Assembly (NCBI GenBank): GCA_005888115.1
Contig: VBKO01000053.1
Location: 1-53,069, forward strand
DNA from: Deltaproteobacteria bacterium
GTDB taxonomy: Bacteria > Myxococcota > Myxococcia > Myxococcales > 40CM-4-68-19
DNA length: 53,069 nt
Direction: 5' to 3'
Shown here: positions 22,652 through 31,855 of the stretch, in pieces
Numbering within the stretch: the first letter of the stretch is position 1
How the letters are laid out: every line of letters starts with the position of its first letter
Notes under the pieces: generated by a model
The model's database searches: none
Seen by the model: the letters and a program-made list of their open reading frames with translations, nothing else
Told to the model about the DNA's origin: nothing
Program-made: the position numbers and the translations under genes

Positions 22652-24046
22652 ATGGCCACTCGCATCGAGAAGGACACGTTCGGCCCGATCGAGGTCCCCG
22701 CCGATCGGCTCTGGGGCGCGCAGACGCAGCGCTCGCTGACGAACTTCAAGATCGGCAGCGAGAAGATGCCTCCGCAGCTGGTCAAGGCGCTGGCGCAGGT
22801 GAAGCGCGCCGCGGCGCAGGTCAACCTGGACCTCAAGGGCCTCGACGCGAAGAAGGCCAAGGCCATCATCGAGGCCGCGGACGAGGTGATCGCGGGCAAG
22901 CACGACGCCGAGTTCCCGCTGGCCATCTGGCAAACCGGCAGCGGGACGCAGACCAACATGAACATGAACGAGGTGCTCGCCAACCGCGCCAGCGAGATCC
23001 TCGGCGGTCCGCGCGGCGAGGGCCGCCTGGTGCATCCCAACGACGACGTGAACAAGGGCCAATCGTCGAACGACGTCTTCCCCACCGCCATGCACGTCGC
23101 CGCGGTGCCTGCCATCGTCGATCAGCTCATCCCGTCCCTCCGCCTCCTGCGCGACACGCTGGCCCGCAAGAGCGAGCAGTTCCGCGACATCGTGAAGATC
23201 GGCCGCACCCACCTGCAGGACGCGACGCCGCTCACGCTGGGCCAGGAGATGTCCGGCTGGGTGGCGCAGCTCGACCACGGGATCCGCCACGTGGAGAGCG
23301 CGCTGCCGCACCTGCGCGAGCTCGCGCTGGGCGGCACCGCGGTGGGCACCGGTCTCAACGCCCATCCGGAGTTCGCCGACCGCGTGGCGAAGGAGCTGTC
23401 GCGGCTCACCGGGCATCCGTTCACCAGCGCGTCCAACAAGTTCGAGGCGCTCGCTTCCCACGACGCCCTGGTATTCGCGCACGGCGCGCTCAAGACGCTC
23501 GCCGCTTCGCTGATGAAGATCGCCAACGACGTGCGCTGGCTCGCCTCGGGCCCTCGCTGCGGCATCGGCGAGCTGCGCATCCCGGAGAACGAGCCGGGCA
23601 GCTCGATCATGCCCGGCAAGGTGAACCCGACCCAGAGCGAGGCGATGACCATGGTCTGTTGCCAGGTGTTCGGCAACGACGTGGCCGTGAACTTCGGCGG
23701 CGCCTCAGGGAACTTCGAGCTGAACGTCTTCAAGCCGCTGGTGATCAACGCATTCCTGCAGTCGGCGCGCCTCCTGGCCGACGCCTCGCGCAGCTTCAAC
23801 GACAACTGCGCGGCCGGCATCGAGCCGGACCGGGCCCGCATCGACGAGCTCTTGCGCGAGTCGCTGATGCTGGTCACCGCGTTGAACCCGCACATCGGCT
23901 ACGACAAGGCGGCGAAGATCGCGAAGACGGCACACAAGGAAGGCACCACGCTGCGCGAGGCGGCGGTCAAGCTGGGATTCCTCACCGGCGAGCAGTTCGA
24001 TCAGTGGGTGCGTCCAGAGGACATGACCGGCCCCAAGGCGAAGTGA
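22652..24046 (+). CDS. fumC: class II fumarate hydratase
   Basis: ORF 22652..24046, 464 aa. Signatures [28 protein letters not shown] and [21 protein letters not shown] upstream of the start. Confidence 0.96.
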   Translation: MATRIEKDTFGPIEVPADRLWGAQTQRSLTNFKIGSEKMPPQLVKALAQVKRAAAQVNLDLKGLDAKKAKAIIEAADEVIAGKHDAEFPLAIWQTGSGTQTNMNMNEVLANRASEILGGPRGEGRLVHPNDDVNKGQSSNDVFPTAMHVAAVPAIVDQLIPSLRLLRDTLARKSEQFRDIVKIGRTHLQDATPLTLGQEMSGWVAQLDHGIRHVESALPHLRELALGGTAVGTGLNAHPEFADRVAKELSRLTGHPFTSASNKFEALASHDALVFAHGALKTLAASLMKIANDVRWLASGPRCGIGELRIPENEPGSSIMPGKVNPTQSEAMTMVCCQVFGNDVAVNFGGASGNFELNVFKPLVINAFLQSARLLADASRSFNDNCAAGIEPDRARIDELLRESLMLVTALNPHIGYDKAAKIAKTAHKEGTTLREAAVKLGFLTGEQFDQWVRPEDMTGPKAK

Positions 24047-25110
24047 GCCTCAAGGTCACCACCTGGAACGTCAACGGCATCCGCGCGCGGGGCGGCGAGG
24101 TGCTCGACTGGGTCCAGCGGGAGAAGCCCGACGTCCTCTGTCTACAAGAGATCAAGGCGGCGCCGGACAAGGTGCCGCAGGAGATCTGCTCGCTCGCCGG
24201 CTACTGGTGCTATTGGCACGGGCACAAAGGATACTCGGGAGTCGGATTGCACCTGCGGCGTGACGCATTTCCCGACAAGCCCGAATTCGTCCACCCCGAG
24301 TTCGATCACGAGACGCGCATCGTGACTGTACGCGGCGGCAGCCTGCTCTTCGCCTCGGTGTACGTCCCGAACGGCGGCAAGGATTACCCGGCCAAGGTGC
24401 GCTTCCTCGAGGCGATGGATCGCTGGGCGGCCGCGGAGCGGGCCGCGGGGAATACGCTCGTGCTCTGCGGCGACCTGAACGTGGCGCGCGAGCCGCGCGA
24501 CGTCCATCCCAAGCTGCGCAACCCGGAGCAGGTCGGGCAGACGCCCGCGGAGCAGGCGATGCTGGAGAAGATCATCGGCCACGGCCTGACGGACCTCTCG
24601 CGCAAGTTCCATCCCGACGACGACCGGCTCTTCACCTGGTGGGCGCCGTGGCGCCAGATGCGCGAGCGCAACATCGGATGGCGCCTGGATTACGTGCTCG
24701 CCGGCGCGCCACTGGCGGAAAAGGCCGTCTCGACGGAGAGCCCGCGCGAGTTCGGCACCAGCGATCACGCATGCTCCTGCCGGACAGATTCCGCTGCTTT
24801 GACCGCCCGCCGGCAGCCCCGTCCGTTCGATCACGGGTTGAGCAGCTGCACCGACCAGGGCGCGCCCGGCTTCTCCCGCGTGTACAGCTCGCGTTCGTGC
24901 AGCCGATCGGCGCGGTTCTTCCAGAACTCCACCGTGAGCGGCTTCACGCGCAGCCCGGACCAGTGGGGCGGCCGCGGCACCGGCATTCCCTCGAACTTCT
25001 CGGTGACCTCGGCGAGCTTTGCCGTGAGCTCCGCGCGCGAGGCGAGCGGGCTGCTCTGGGCGGAGGCCCAGGCGCCGAGCTGGCTTCCGCGGGCGCGGGT
25101 CGCGAAATAG
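24043..25110 (+). CDS. xth: exodeoxyribonuclease III; 3' end probably frameshifted (expected stop about 24802)
   Basis: GTG start overlapping the fumC stop (GTGA). Signatures [37 protein letters not shown]. After SDHA the frame runs on about 300 nt and overlaps convergent pdxH by 280 nt. Confidence 0.85.
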   Translation: MSLKVTTWNVNGIRARGGEVLDWVQREKPDVLCLQEIKAAPDKVPQEICSLAGYWCYWHGHKGYSGVGLHLRRDAFPDKPEFVHPEFDHETRIVTVRGGSLLFASVYVPNGGKDYPAKVRFLEAMDRWAAAERAAGNTLVLCGDLNVAREPRDVHPKLRNPEQVGQTPAEQAMLEKIIGHGLTDLSRKFHPDDDRLFTWWAPWRQMRERNIGWRLDYVLAGAPLAEKAVSTESPREFGTSDHACSCRTDSAALTARRQPRPFDHGLSSCTDQGAPGFSRVYSSRSCSRSARFFQNSTVSGFTRSPDQWGGRGTGIPSNFSVTSASFAVSSAREASGLLWAEAQAPSWLPRARVAK

Positions 25111-25436
25111 GCGTCGGCCTCCTCGTCGACGACGCGCTCCGCGCGTCCTTCGAAGCGGACCTGCGATTCCAGGGGTCCCCACCAGAAGAGCAGCGCCACG
25201 TCGGGACGGGCGAGCGCCTCCCGTCCCTTGCGCGACTCGAGATTCGTGTAGAAGACGAGCCCGTCCTCGTCGGCATCCTTGAGCAGCACGACGCGCGCGG
25301 ACGGCCGCCCATCGGCGCCCACCGTGGCGAGCGTCATCGCAGTGGGCTCCACGATCCCCGGCGTCCCCCGGGCCCGCTCGAGCAAGGCGAGGAAGCGCTG
25401 GAGTGGATCGTCCTGCGCGGGCCGGCGGATTTCCAT
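24831..25436 (-). CDS. pdxH: pyridoxamine 5'-phosphate oxidase
   Basis: ORF 24831..25436, 201 aa. Signatures [47 protein letters not shown]. Confidence 0.93.
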   Translation of the reverse strand: MEIRRPAQDDPLQRFLALLERARGTPGIVEPTAMTLATVGADGRPSARVVLLKDADEDGLVFYTNLESRKGREALARPDVALLFWWGPLESQVRFEGRAERVVDEEADAYFATRARGSQLGAWASAQSSPLASRAELTAKLAEVTEKFEGMPVPRPPHWSGLRVKPLTVEFWKNRADRLHERELYTREKPGAPWSVQLLNP

Positions 25437-25473
25437 GGCGCCGGATCTCTACCCCACGTGCTATGCAGCCGCC

Positions 25474-26271
25474 ATGGATCGCTGGCTCGCGCCGCTGGAG
25501 CGGAGATTCGGCCGGTACGCGCCTTCGAACCTGACCTTCTGGATCGTCGGCCTGCAGGGCTTCACCTTCGCCATCCTGTTCGTCAAGCCCGCCGCGCTCC
25601 AGCTGCTCATCCTCGACCCGTCGGCGGTCGCGCGCGGAGAGGTGTGGAGGCTCGTCACCTTCCTCTTCCTTCCCTGGGGCCCGGCGAACGGCCCCTGGGC
25701 GATCTTCACCATCTTCGCGCTGCTCTTCCTCTACACGATCGGCACGTCGCTGGAGGCGGAATGGGGCTCGTTCCGCTTCGACGTCTACTACTTCATCGGC
25801 GCGCTGGGGACGATCGCCAGCTCGCTCCTCGTCGGTCCGGTCACCAACGAGTACCTGAACCTCTCTTTGTTGCTCGCCTTCGCGACCCTGTTCCCCGACT
25901 ACGAGATCCTGCTGCTCATCCTCCCCCTCAAGGTGAAATGGCTCGGCGTCTTGTCGGGCGCATTCCTCGCCTGGTCCTTCGCCACGGGCCCGGCGCGGGT
26001 CAAGGCGGGGATCGTGGCGGCGATGCTGAACTACCTGCTCTTCTTCGCGCGGCCGCTCTTCGAGCGGATGCGCGGCCGCGCCAGCCAGGGCGCGCGGCAG
26101 CGCCGCCTGGCCGGGTTCTCCAAGGAGCCGGCGCGCAAGCCGCGGGTGTGCGCGAAATGCGGGCGCAGCGAGAAGGACGATCCCAGCCTCGAGTTCCGCG
26201 TCTGCGACTGCCAGGAGAAGTGCCACGGCCGACTGACCGAGTACTGCATCGAGCACGCTCGCGCCCACTGA
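25474..26271 (+). CDS. rhomboid-like polytopic membrane protein with C-terminal Cys/His-rich tail
   Basis: ORF 25279..26271. Start taken at MDRWLAPLERRFG; ATG 25435 would overlap the pdxH start. GEVWRLVTFLFLP is the rhomboid TM2-like motif, but no GxSG/His pair was recognised. Tail is CAKCGRSEKDDPSLEFRVCDCQEKCHGRLTEYCIEH. Confidence 0.7.
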   Translation: MDRWLAPLERRFGRYAPSNLTFWIVGLQGFTFAILFVKPAALQLLILDPSAVARGEVWRLVTFLFLPWGPANGPWAIFTIFALLFLYTIGTSLEAEWGSFRFDVYYFIGALGTIASSLLVGPVTNEYLNLSLLLAFATLFPDYEILLLILPLKVKWLGVLSGAFLAWSFATGPARVKAGIVAAMLNYLLFFARPLFERMRGRASQGARQRRLAGFSKEPARKPRVCAKCGRSEKDDPSLEFRVCDCQEKCHGRLTEYCIEHARAH

Positions 26272-26280
26272 GGGTGCCGG

Positions 26281-27000
26281 TTACCCGAGATCGCCGGCGA
26301 GGTGCTGCACGATGGCCAGCGCGGCGAGCCCGGCCGTCTCCGTCCGCAGCACGCGCGAGCCGAGCGTGACGGACGCGAATCCGGCAGCCGCCGCCTCGGC
26401 GCGCTCCGCCGCCGTGAACCCACCCTCGGGACCGACGGCGATGAGGAATCGCGAGACGCCGCGTGCCGCCTGCGAGAGTCGCAACGTGCGTTCGTCAGGG
26501 GCGAGGAGCAGAGCGCGACGGTCCGGCTCTTCGCGCAGCAGGCCGGCCAGATCGGCCACCGTGGAGGGAGCGTCTACCGCGGGAACGTCGCTGCGGCCGC
26601 ACTGGCGGGCCGCTTCCTGCGCGATGCGCCGTAGCCGCGCAGCCCGGCGCTCGGCGCGATCTTCGTCGAGGCGCACCACCGACCTCTCCGCCGCGAGCGG
26701 CAGGATGCGGGTCGCTCCCAGCTCCGTCGCCTTCTGCACCACGAGGTCCAGCTTCTCGCCCTTGGCCAGCGCCTGCGCGAGCCACACGTCCGCCGCGCCC
26801 CGGTCCGGATCCGCGCGGCGGCCCAGCCGGAGCACCCCCGGAGACTCGATGCGCGCCGGCCACCGCGCGCCCCGTCCGTCGAAGATCTCCAGCTCCGCGC
26901 CGGGTCCCAGGCGCAACACCACCTCGAGATGGTGCGACTGCGCGGGATCGAGCTGTATCAGCTCGGCGATCTGCTCGGGCGGCACGAACAGGCGATGCAA
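26281..27000 (-). CDS. rsmE: 16S rRNA (uracil1498-N3)-methyltransferase
   Basis: ORF 26281..27078, with a TTG start at LHRLFVPPEQ (the typical RsmE N-terminus). Signatures KGEKLDLVVQKATELG and IAVGPEGGFTAAE. Confidence 0.85.
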   Translation of the reverse strand: MHRLFVPPEQIAELIQLDPAQSHHLEVVLRLGPGAELEIFDGRGARWPARIESPGVLRLGRRADPDRGAADVWLAQALAKGEKLDLVVQKATELGATRILPLAAERSVVRLDEDRAERRAARLRRIAQEAARQCGRSDVPAVDAPSTVADLAGLLREEPDRRALLLAPDERTLRLSQAARGVSRFLIAVGPEGGFTAAERAEAAAAGFASVTLGSRVLRTETAGLAALAIVQHLAGDLG

Positions 27001-27001
27001 G

Positions 27002-27865
27002 TCATCCTCGTGAAAGCTCGACGCGCGCCCACCCGTCGCGCTGGGCGCGGCCGGCCGGCGAGAGTCCCAGCGCGGCATAGGCCGCTTCCGCTTCGTCCGC
27101 TTGCGCTGCCAGGAGTCCGGAGAGGACCAGGCGCCCGCCGCTGGCCACTTTGCGCGCGATCGCAGGGGCCAGCTCGATCAGCGTATTGAGCAGGATGTTC
27201 GCCACCACGATCCGGTACGGCGCTTCGGGAAGCTGGTCCGGATCGGCCAGGGCCCAGCGCATCCGCTCGGACGGGATGCCGTTCAGCCCCGCGCCGCGCC
27301 GCGCTGCCTCGAGCGCGACCGGGTCGTTCTCCGTGCCGCACACCCGGCCCGCGCCGAGCTTCACGGCGAGGAGCGCGATCACGCCGCTGCCGGTGCCGAC
27401 GTCGAGCACGTCCGCGCCGGGCAGCTCCGCGAGCAGCTCGTCCAGCCGCTCCAGGCACAGCGCGGTCGTCGGGTGGCTCCCGGTGCCGAACGCCATCCCG
27501 GGGTCGATGAGCACGCGCGCCTCGCCAGGCGCGGCGGGCGCATCCTCCCAGGGTGGCTGCACCCACGAGCGCGGCCCGACGCGCAGAGGGCGGTGGTGCT
27601 TGCGCCAGGCGACGCTCCAATCTTCCTCGACCACTTCGACCGGCGCCTCGGCCCGCCCCAGCTCGCGGGCGGAATCGGCCGCCACATCGCGCTCGGTGAA
27701 ATGCGCGATGCACCGGCCCGCGCCCGGTGGAAGCGGCGGCGTCCCCGGCATGAGCTGCTGCTCGGGCTCCTGCAGCTCCACTCCCAGCGCGCCCTGCTCG
27801 AAGAGCCGGGCGGCCAGCAGCTCGAGCTCGTCCGGAGCCGCGGTGAGCACCAGCGCCCAGCTCAC
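27002..27865 (-). CDS. prmA: ribosomal protein L11 methyltransferase
   Basis: Last 287 aa of ORF 27002..29635, from GTG (VSWALVL), overlapping the M16 peptidase stop as GTGA. Signatures IDPGMAFGTGSHPTT and VLDVGTGSGVIAL. Confidence 0.9.
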   Translation of the reverse strand: MSWALVLTAAPDELELLAARLFEQGALGVELQEPEQQLMPGTPPLPPGAGRCIAHFTERDVAADSARELGRAEAPVEVVEEDWSVAWRKHHRPLRVGPRSWVQPPWEDAPAAPGEARVLIDPGMAFGTGSHPTTALCLERLDELLAELPGADVLDVGTGSGVIALLAVKLGAGRVCGTENDPVALEAARRGAGLNGIPSERMRWALADPDQLPEAPYRIVVANILLNTLIELAPAIARKVASGGRLVLSGLLAAQADEAEAAYAALGLSPAGRAQRDGWARVELSRG

Positions 27866-30537
27866 GACAGCTCCGGCGGCACCGCTCCTTCGGGCGCTAC
27901 CAGCGCCAGCACCTCGGCCCGGGGATCGAGCACGCGCTGGGCCGCGGCCAGCACGTCCGCCGCGCCCACCGCGGCGATCCGCTCCGCGTACCGCGACGAT
28001 GCGTCGGCGCCCAGGCCGTAACACTCGTCGAACGCGTAGATGGCGGCGCGCGAGGAATTGCGCTGCAAACCGATGGCGTGCGTCCCGATGAGATGCGACC
28101 GCGCCCGATCCAGCTCCGCGGCCGAGGGGGGCGACTCGCGGCAACGGAGCAGCTCCTGACGGATTCCCTCCAGCGCTTCGCGCAGCTTGCCCGGGCCGCA
28201 GCCGATGTAGGCGGCGAAGTACCCGGGGTCGACGCCCTCGACCGAGAAGCTGGTCACGCTGTACGCCAGGCTCCGCTTGTCGCGCAGCTCGAGGAAGAGC
28301 CGCCCTCCCTGACCGGCGAGGATGGCGCTGAGCACCTCCAGCTCCCAGCGCAGGGGATCGCTCAGGCGCGCCCCGGGAAAGCCGATGACGAGATGCGACT
28401 GCGCTTTGTCCAGCTTGCGCACCGCAGCGCGGGGCGCGGAGATGGGTTCCTCCTGCGGTGGGACGATGCGCGGCGCGGGCGCGTGAGGCAGCTTGCCCAG
28501 CCGCTCGCGGACGAGCTGCGAGACCCGGTCGGGATCCACGTCTCCCACCACCGACAGGGTGGCCTGGCTGACCGGGTATCGTTCGGAGCGGTACGCGGCG
28601 AGCCGGCCCGGCGTCATCGTCGAGACCGACGCGGCGGTGCCCAGCGTGTCCAACCGGTAGGGATGGCGCCGGTACATCGTTTCCGCGAAGAGCAGGAACG
28701 CGACGCCGGCGGGGTTGTCCTCGCGCGCGTGCAGCTCGTCGAGCTGCAAGGTCCGCTCTCGCGCGACCTCCTCGTCGCGGAAGGCCGGCTCGGCGAGCGC
28801 CTCGACGAAGAGGTCCAATCCTTCCTCCAGGTGGCGCGAGAGCAGCTCGGCGCGCATGCCGAACGAGTTGCGCCCGGAGTTGCCGCCCAGCGAGCCGCCC
28901 ATCGCCTCCATCTCGCGGACGATCTGCTCGGCGCCACGCTTGCGCGTGCCTTTCGAGGCGAGCCGCGCGAGCAGCATGTTGATGCCGGCGTTCTCGTCCG
29001 ACTCGGCCCGCAGCCCGCCGGACCAGACGGCGCGGAGCGCGACCAGTGGCACCGCGCGCTCCTCCTTGACCAGCAGCACGCCGCCGCCCGGCAGCTCCTC
29101 GCGGCGGAGCGGTCCAGTGCGCGGCTGGGCGAAGCGCACCGGCGGCCGCGCGGAGGGGGCCGCTCCCGTCCCAGGCCTGCGCACGGCCTTGCGAGCGTCC
29201 TCCGCGGCCTCCTGCAACATGTCCAGGAGCTCGCGGTCTGCGGGAGCATCGTCGGAATCGGGAAGGAGCGCGCAGAGGACCGCCGACTGTGGCCGCAAGT
29301 GGCGCTCGGCAGCCTCCAGCAGAGCGCCCGGGTCGAGCCGCGCGACCCGCGCCAGGTACTCGGCCTCGAACTCCACGCCGCCGGCGCTCGCCTCGTAGAA
29401 CCCGAGCTTGCGCGCCTGCCCCTGCACCGTCTCGCGCTGGTAGACCGCGTCGCTCTCGATCAGCCGGCAGGCGTTGCCGAGCTCTTCGAGCGTGACCTCC
29501 TCGGTCCGCAGTCGGTACGTCTGGCGGAGCGCCTCGCGCACCGCGTCGCGCACCTGCGCGGGCTGCAGCGTGAGCCCCACGATGGTGAGGCCGGGGTCCA
29601 CCGGCGTGTAGCAGCTCGCCTGCGCCTCGGTGCACAGCAGCCGGTCGCGTTTGAGCGCGCGAAACAGCCGCGACGCCTCGCCGTGCCCCAGCACGAGCGA
29701 AAGCGCATCGAGCGCCGGCACGTCCTCTCCCCGCAGCGCCGGCGCGGGCCAGGCGACGGAGAGATAGCCCTCCTTGAGGACGTCCCGCCGGACCCGTACC
29801 GCGGGTTCCTCCCGGCGTGGCTCGGCGTCGCGCGGCGCGGCCGTCGCGAGCTCCGCGCGCGGCCAGGCGAAGAGTCGCTGCGCCAGCTCCAGCACCTGCG
29901 CCTCGCGGAAATCCCCCACCGCCACCAGCACGCAGTTTTCCGGCTGGTACCAGCGCCGATAGAACCGGAGGATCCCCTCGCGAGTGAAGCTACGGACGCT
30001 CTCCTCGCTGCCGATCACCGGCCGGCCGTAGGGGTGGCGGGTGAATGCGGTGGCGAAGAGCTCCTTGGAGAGCTTTCGCGTCGGAGAGTCGAGGCTCCGC
30101 TTGATCTCCTCGCACACCACCTCGATCTCGCGTCGCAGCTCGTCGGGGTCGAACGCCGCCGAGGTGATCGCGTCGGCGAGGACGTCCAGGCCCTGCGCCA
30201 GGAACTGGCTGGCGACCACCACGTGGTAGACGGTCTGGTCGAAGCTCGTCCAGGCGTTGATCTCGCCGCCGCACCCCTCGATGGTGCGCGCGATCTCGCC
30301 CGGTCCGCGGCGCGCGGTCCCCTTGAACAGCATGTGCTCGTGGAGATGCGCCAGGCCGGCCTCGCCGGGGAGCTCGTCGGCGCTCCCCACGCGCACCCAG
30401 ACCTGCAGCGCGGCGACCGGCGCGGCGTGGTTCTCTTCGACGAGGACCGTCAGTCCGTTGGGCAGGCGGTGGCGCAAGGTCTCGTCTCCAGGAAGTCCAG
30501 GAAGGCAGCCAGCGAGCGTCCGCGCGCACCAGCCCAC
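27862..30537 (-). CDS. M16 family (pitrilysin/insulinase-like) zinc peptidase, double-unit
   Basis: ORF 27862..30537, 891 aa. Inverted zinc motif HLHEHMLFKGT (HxxEH) in the N-terminal unit. The second M16-like half lacks the motif. Confidence 0.9.
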   Translation of the reverse strand: MGWCARTLAGCLPGLPGDETLRHRLPNGLTVLVEENHAAPVAALQVWVRVGSADELPGEAGLAHLHEHMLFKGTARRGPGEIARTIEGCGGEINAWTSFDQTVYHVVVASQFLAQGLDVLADAITSAAFDPDELRREIEVVCEEIKRSLDSPTRKLSKELFATAFTRHPYGRPVIGSEESVRSFTREGILRFYRRWYQPENCVLVAVGDFREAQVLELAQRLFAWPRAELATAAPRDAEPRREEPAVRVRRDVLKEGYLSVAWPAPALRGEDVPALDALSLVLGHGEASRLFRALKRDRLLCTEAQASCYTPVDPGLTIVGLTLQPAQVRDAVREALRQTYRLRTEEVTLEELGNACRLIESDAVYQRETVQGQARKLGFYEASAGGVEFEAEYLARVARLDPGALLEAAERHLRPQSAVLCALLPDSDDAPADRELLDMLQEAAEDARKAVRRPGTGAAPSARPPVRFAQPRTGPLRREELPGGGVLLVKEERAVPLVALRAVWSGGLRAESDENAGINMLLARLASKGTRKRGAEQIVREMEAMGGSLGGNSGRNSFGMRAELLSRHLEEGLDLFVEALAEPAFRDEEVARERTLQLDELHAREDNPAGVAFLLFAETMYRRHPYRLDTLGTAASVSTMTPGRLAAYRSERYPVSQATLSVVGDVDPDRVSQLVRERLGKLPHAPAPRIVPPQEEPISAPRAAVRKLDKAQSHLVIGFPGARLSDPLRWELEVLSAILAGQGGRLFLELRDKRSLAYSVTSFSVEGVDPGYFAAYIGCGPGKLREALEGIRQELLRCRESPPSAAELDRARSHLIGTHAIGLQRNSSRAAIYAFDECYGLGADASSRYAERIAAVGAADVLAAAQRVLDPRAEVLALVAPEGAVPPELS

Positions 30538-30590
30538 CGGCAGGGTAGCAGGGTCGGGCGGCGGCCGCCGCCCTGTTCACGAGGCATCCG

Positions 30591-31421
30591 TCAGGGACCG
30601 CCCAGAGGAAGGGCGATGGCGCGGGCCAGCTCGGTGGGCGCCTCGAGGTGCGGCAGGTGCCCCGCGTGCGGCAGGGTCACCACTTCGGCGCGCGGCAGGT
30701 GGGCGCGGAAGAAGGGCAGCGTGCCGGCCGGTAGCAGGCGGTCGCGCTCGCCCCAGACGATCCGCACCGGCATGCGCAGGGCGGCGAGCTCCGTGTCGCG
30801 CAGGAAGTCCTCGGGGGCGACCGCCTCGAGAAAGGCGCGGGTGGCCGGCGCGGACATGGCGCGGGCGATCTCCCTGGGGAAGAGGCGCAGCGCGACCGGC
30901 GCGCGGTGGAAGGCGCGCTCCAGGTATGCCCGCGCGTCGACGGTGTCGAGCAGCTGGCGGAACCCGGCCCACTCGGCGGCCGGCAGCACGGCGCCTGCGG
31001 GGTTCACCAGCAAAAGGCCGCTCGCCGAGGTCTGTGGCCGCAGAGCGAGGCGCGCGGCGAGCCACCCGCCGAGCGAGTGGCCGACGAGCAGCGGCGAACG
31101 CAGGCCGGCTGCGTACCGGGCGACGGGCTCCAACAGTGTCCCCAGCCGGAAATCGGCAGGCGGCGCGGACAGGCCATGGCCGGGGAGATCGACGATGTGG
31201 ACGCGATGCGTGCGCGAGAGGGGACCCAAGACCCGTGCCCACCCGGCGATCGAGTCGCCGAGACCGTGAAGGATGAGCAGCTCCGGTCCGCCAGGAGGAC
31301 CGCGCACTGCGAACCGGAGGCCGTGGAGGAAGCCGACCCGAGCGCCGCGCTCGGCGAGGTTGCGCAAGAGCGCGAGCGCCAGGCCGTGCACGGAAACGGG
31401 GGCCGGGGCGCGCGCCATCAC
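30591..31421 (-). CDS. alpha/beta-fold hydrolase
   Basis: ORF 30591..31421. Signatures LLILHGLGDS, nucleophile elbow GHSLGG, and C-terminal AGHLPHLE. Confidence 0.85.
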   Translation of the reverse strand: MMARAPAPVSVHGLALALLRNLAERGARVGFLHGLRFAVRGPPGGPELLILHGLGDSIAGWARVLGPLSRTHRVHIVDLPGHGLSAPPADFRLGTLLEPVARYAAGLRSPLLVGHSLGGWLAARLALRPQTSASGLLLVNPAGAVLPAAEWAGFRQLLDTVDARAYLERAFHRAPVALRLFPREIARAMSAPATRAFLEAVAPEDFLRDTELAALRMPVRIVWGERDRLLPAGTLPFFRAHLPRAEVVTLPHAGHLPHLEAPTELARAIALPLGGP

Positions 31422-31556
31422 CGTCGGAAGGGTCGGCCGCGATCTGTTGGGGGGTCGAGGGGGGAGCGAGTTCCCCCCTGGTAGAGGCGCCGAAGGCGCC
31501 GGATCGCAGAGCGTGATGTGTACGGCAGATCGGTCAACTCGGCCGGGCGGTGCCGG

Positions 31557-31763
31557 TCATATGTCCTCGGGCCGCAGCGTGCTCCGGCCGTTGGCCGTGC
31601 AGCGGGCGATGGCCTTGTCGATGGTGTGGTGGACGTGCTCGGAGAGCGCATTGATGAACTCGTCGGAGACGCGCTTCTCCCTGGCGCGGATCACCTCGCG
31701 CACCTTGCTCTGCACGATGAGGAGCCCGGCTTCCTTCTTCTCGCCCTCGCCCGACTCGGCCAT
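31557..31763 (-). CDS. bacterial histone-fold protein (DUF1931 / Bd0055-HBb-like singlet)
   Basis: ORF 31557..31763, 68 aa: MAESGEGEKKEAGLLIVQSKVREVIRAREKRVSDEFINALSEHVHHTIDKAIARCTANGRSTLRPEDI. Same pattern as Bdellovibrio Bd0055 (V.SKV+..I......S.E.I..LS.......K.......A.GR.T....DI). Near-perfect SD (AAGGAGGTG) upstream. Confidence 0.8.
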   Translation of the reverse strand: MAESGEGEKKEAGLLIVQSKVREVIRAREKRVSDEFINALSEHVHHTIDKAIARCTANGRSTLRPEDI

Positions 31764-31855
31764 CCAGCACCTCCTTCACCTCGAGTTCCGTGCGCCTCTA
31801 GCAGAGCCGACCCGCGGTTTCAATCGCGCCGGCGCAAAGGCGATGGCCAACCCGA

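Noticed and set aside
25435-25473. ATG 25435 as the start of the rhomboid-like gene.
   Set aside because: It would overlap the divergent pdxH start codon (CATG) and leave no promoter space. Met at 25474 is preferred, though 25435 cannot be excluded.
30556-30573. Perfect 18-bp palindrome GGGCGGCGGCCGCCGCCC between the hydrolase and M16 peptidase genes, considered as a terminator.
   Set aside because: No U-tract on either strand, and the genes are co-oriented with a 53-bp spacer. GC-only palindromes of this kind are expected by chance in DNA this GC-rich. It is noted but not called.
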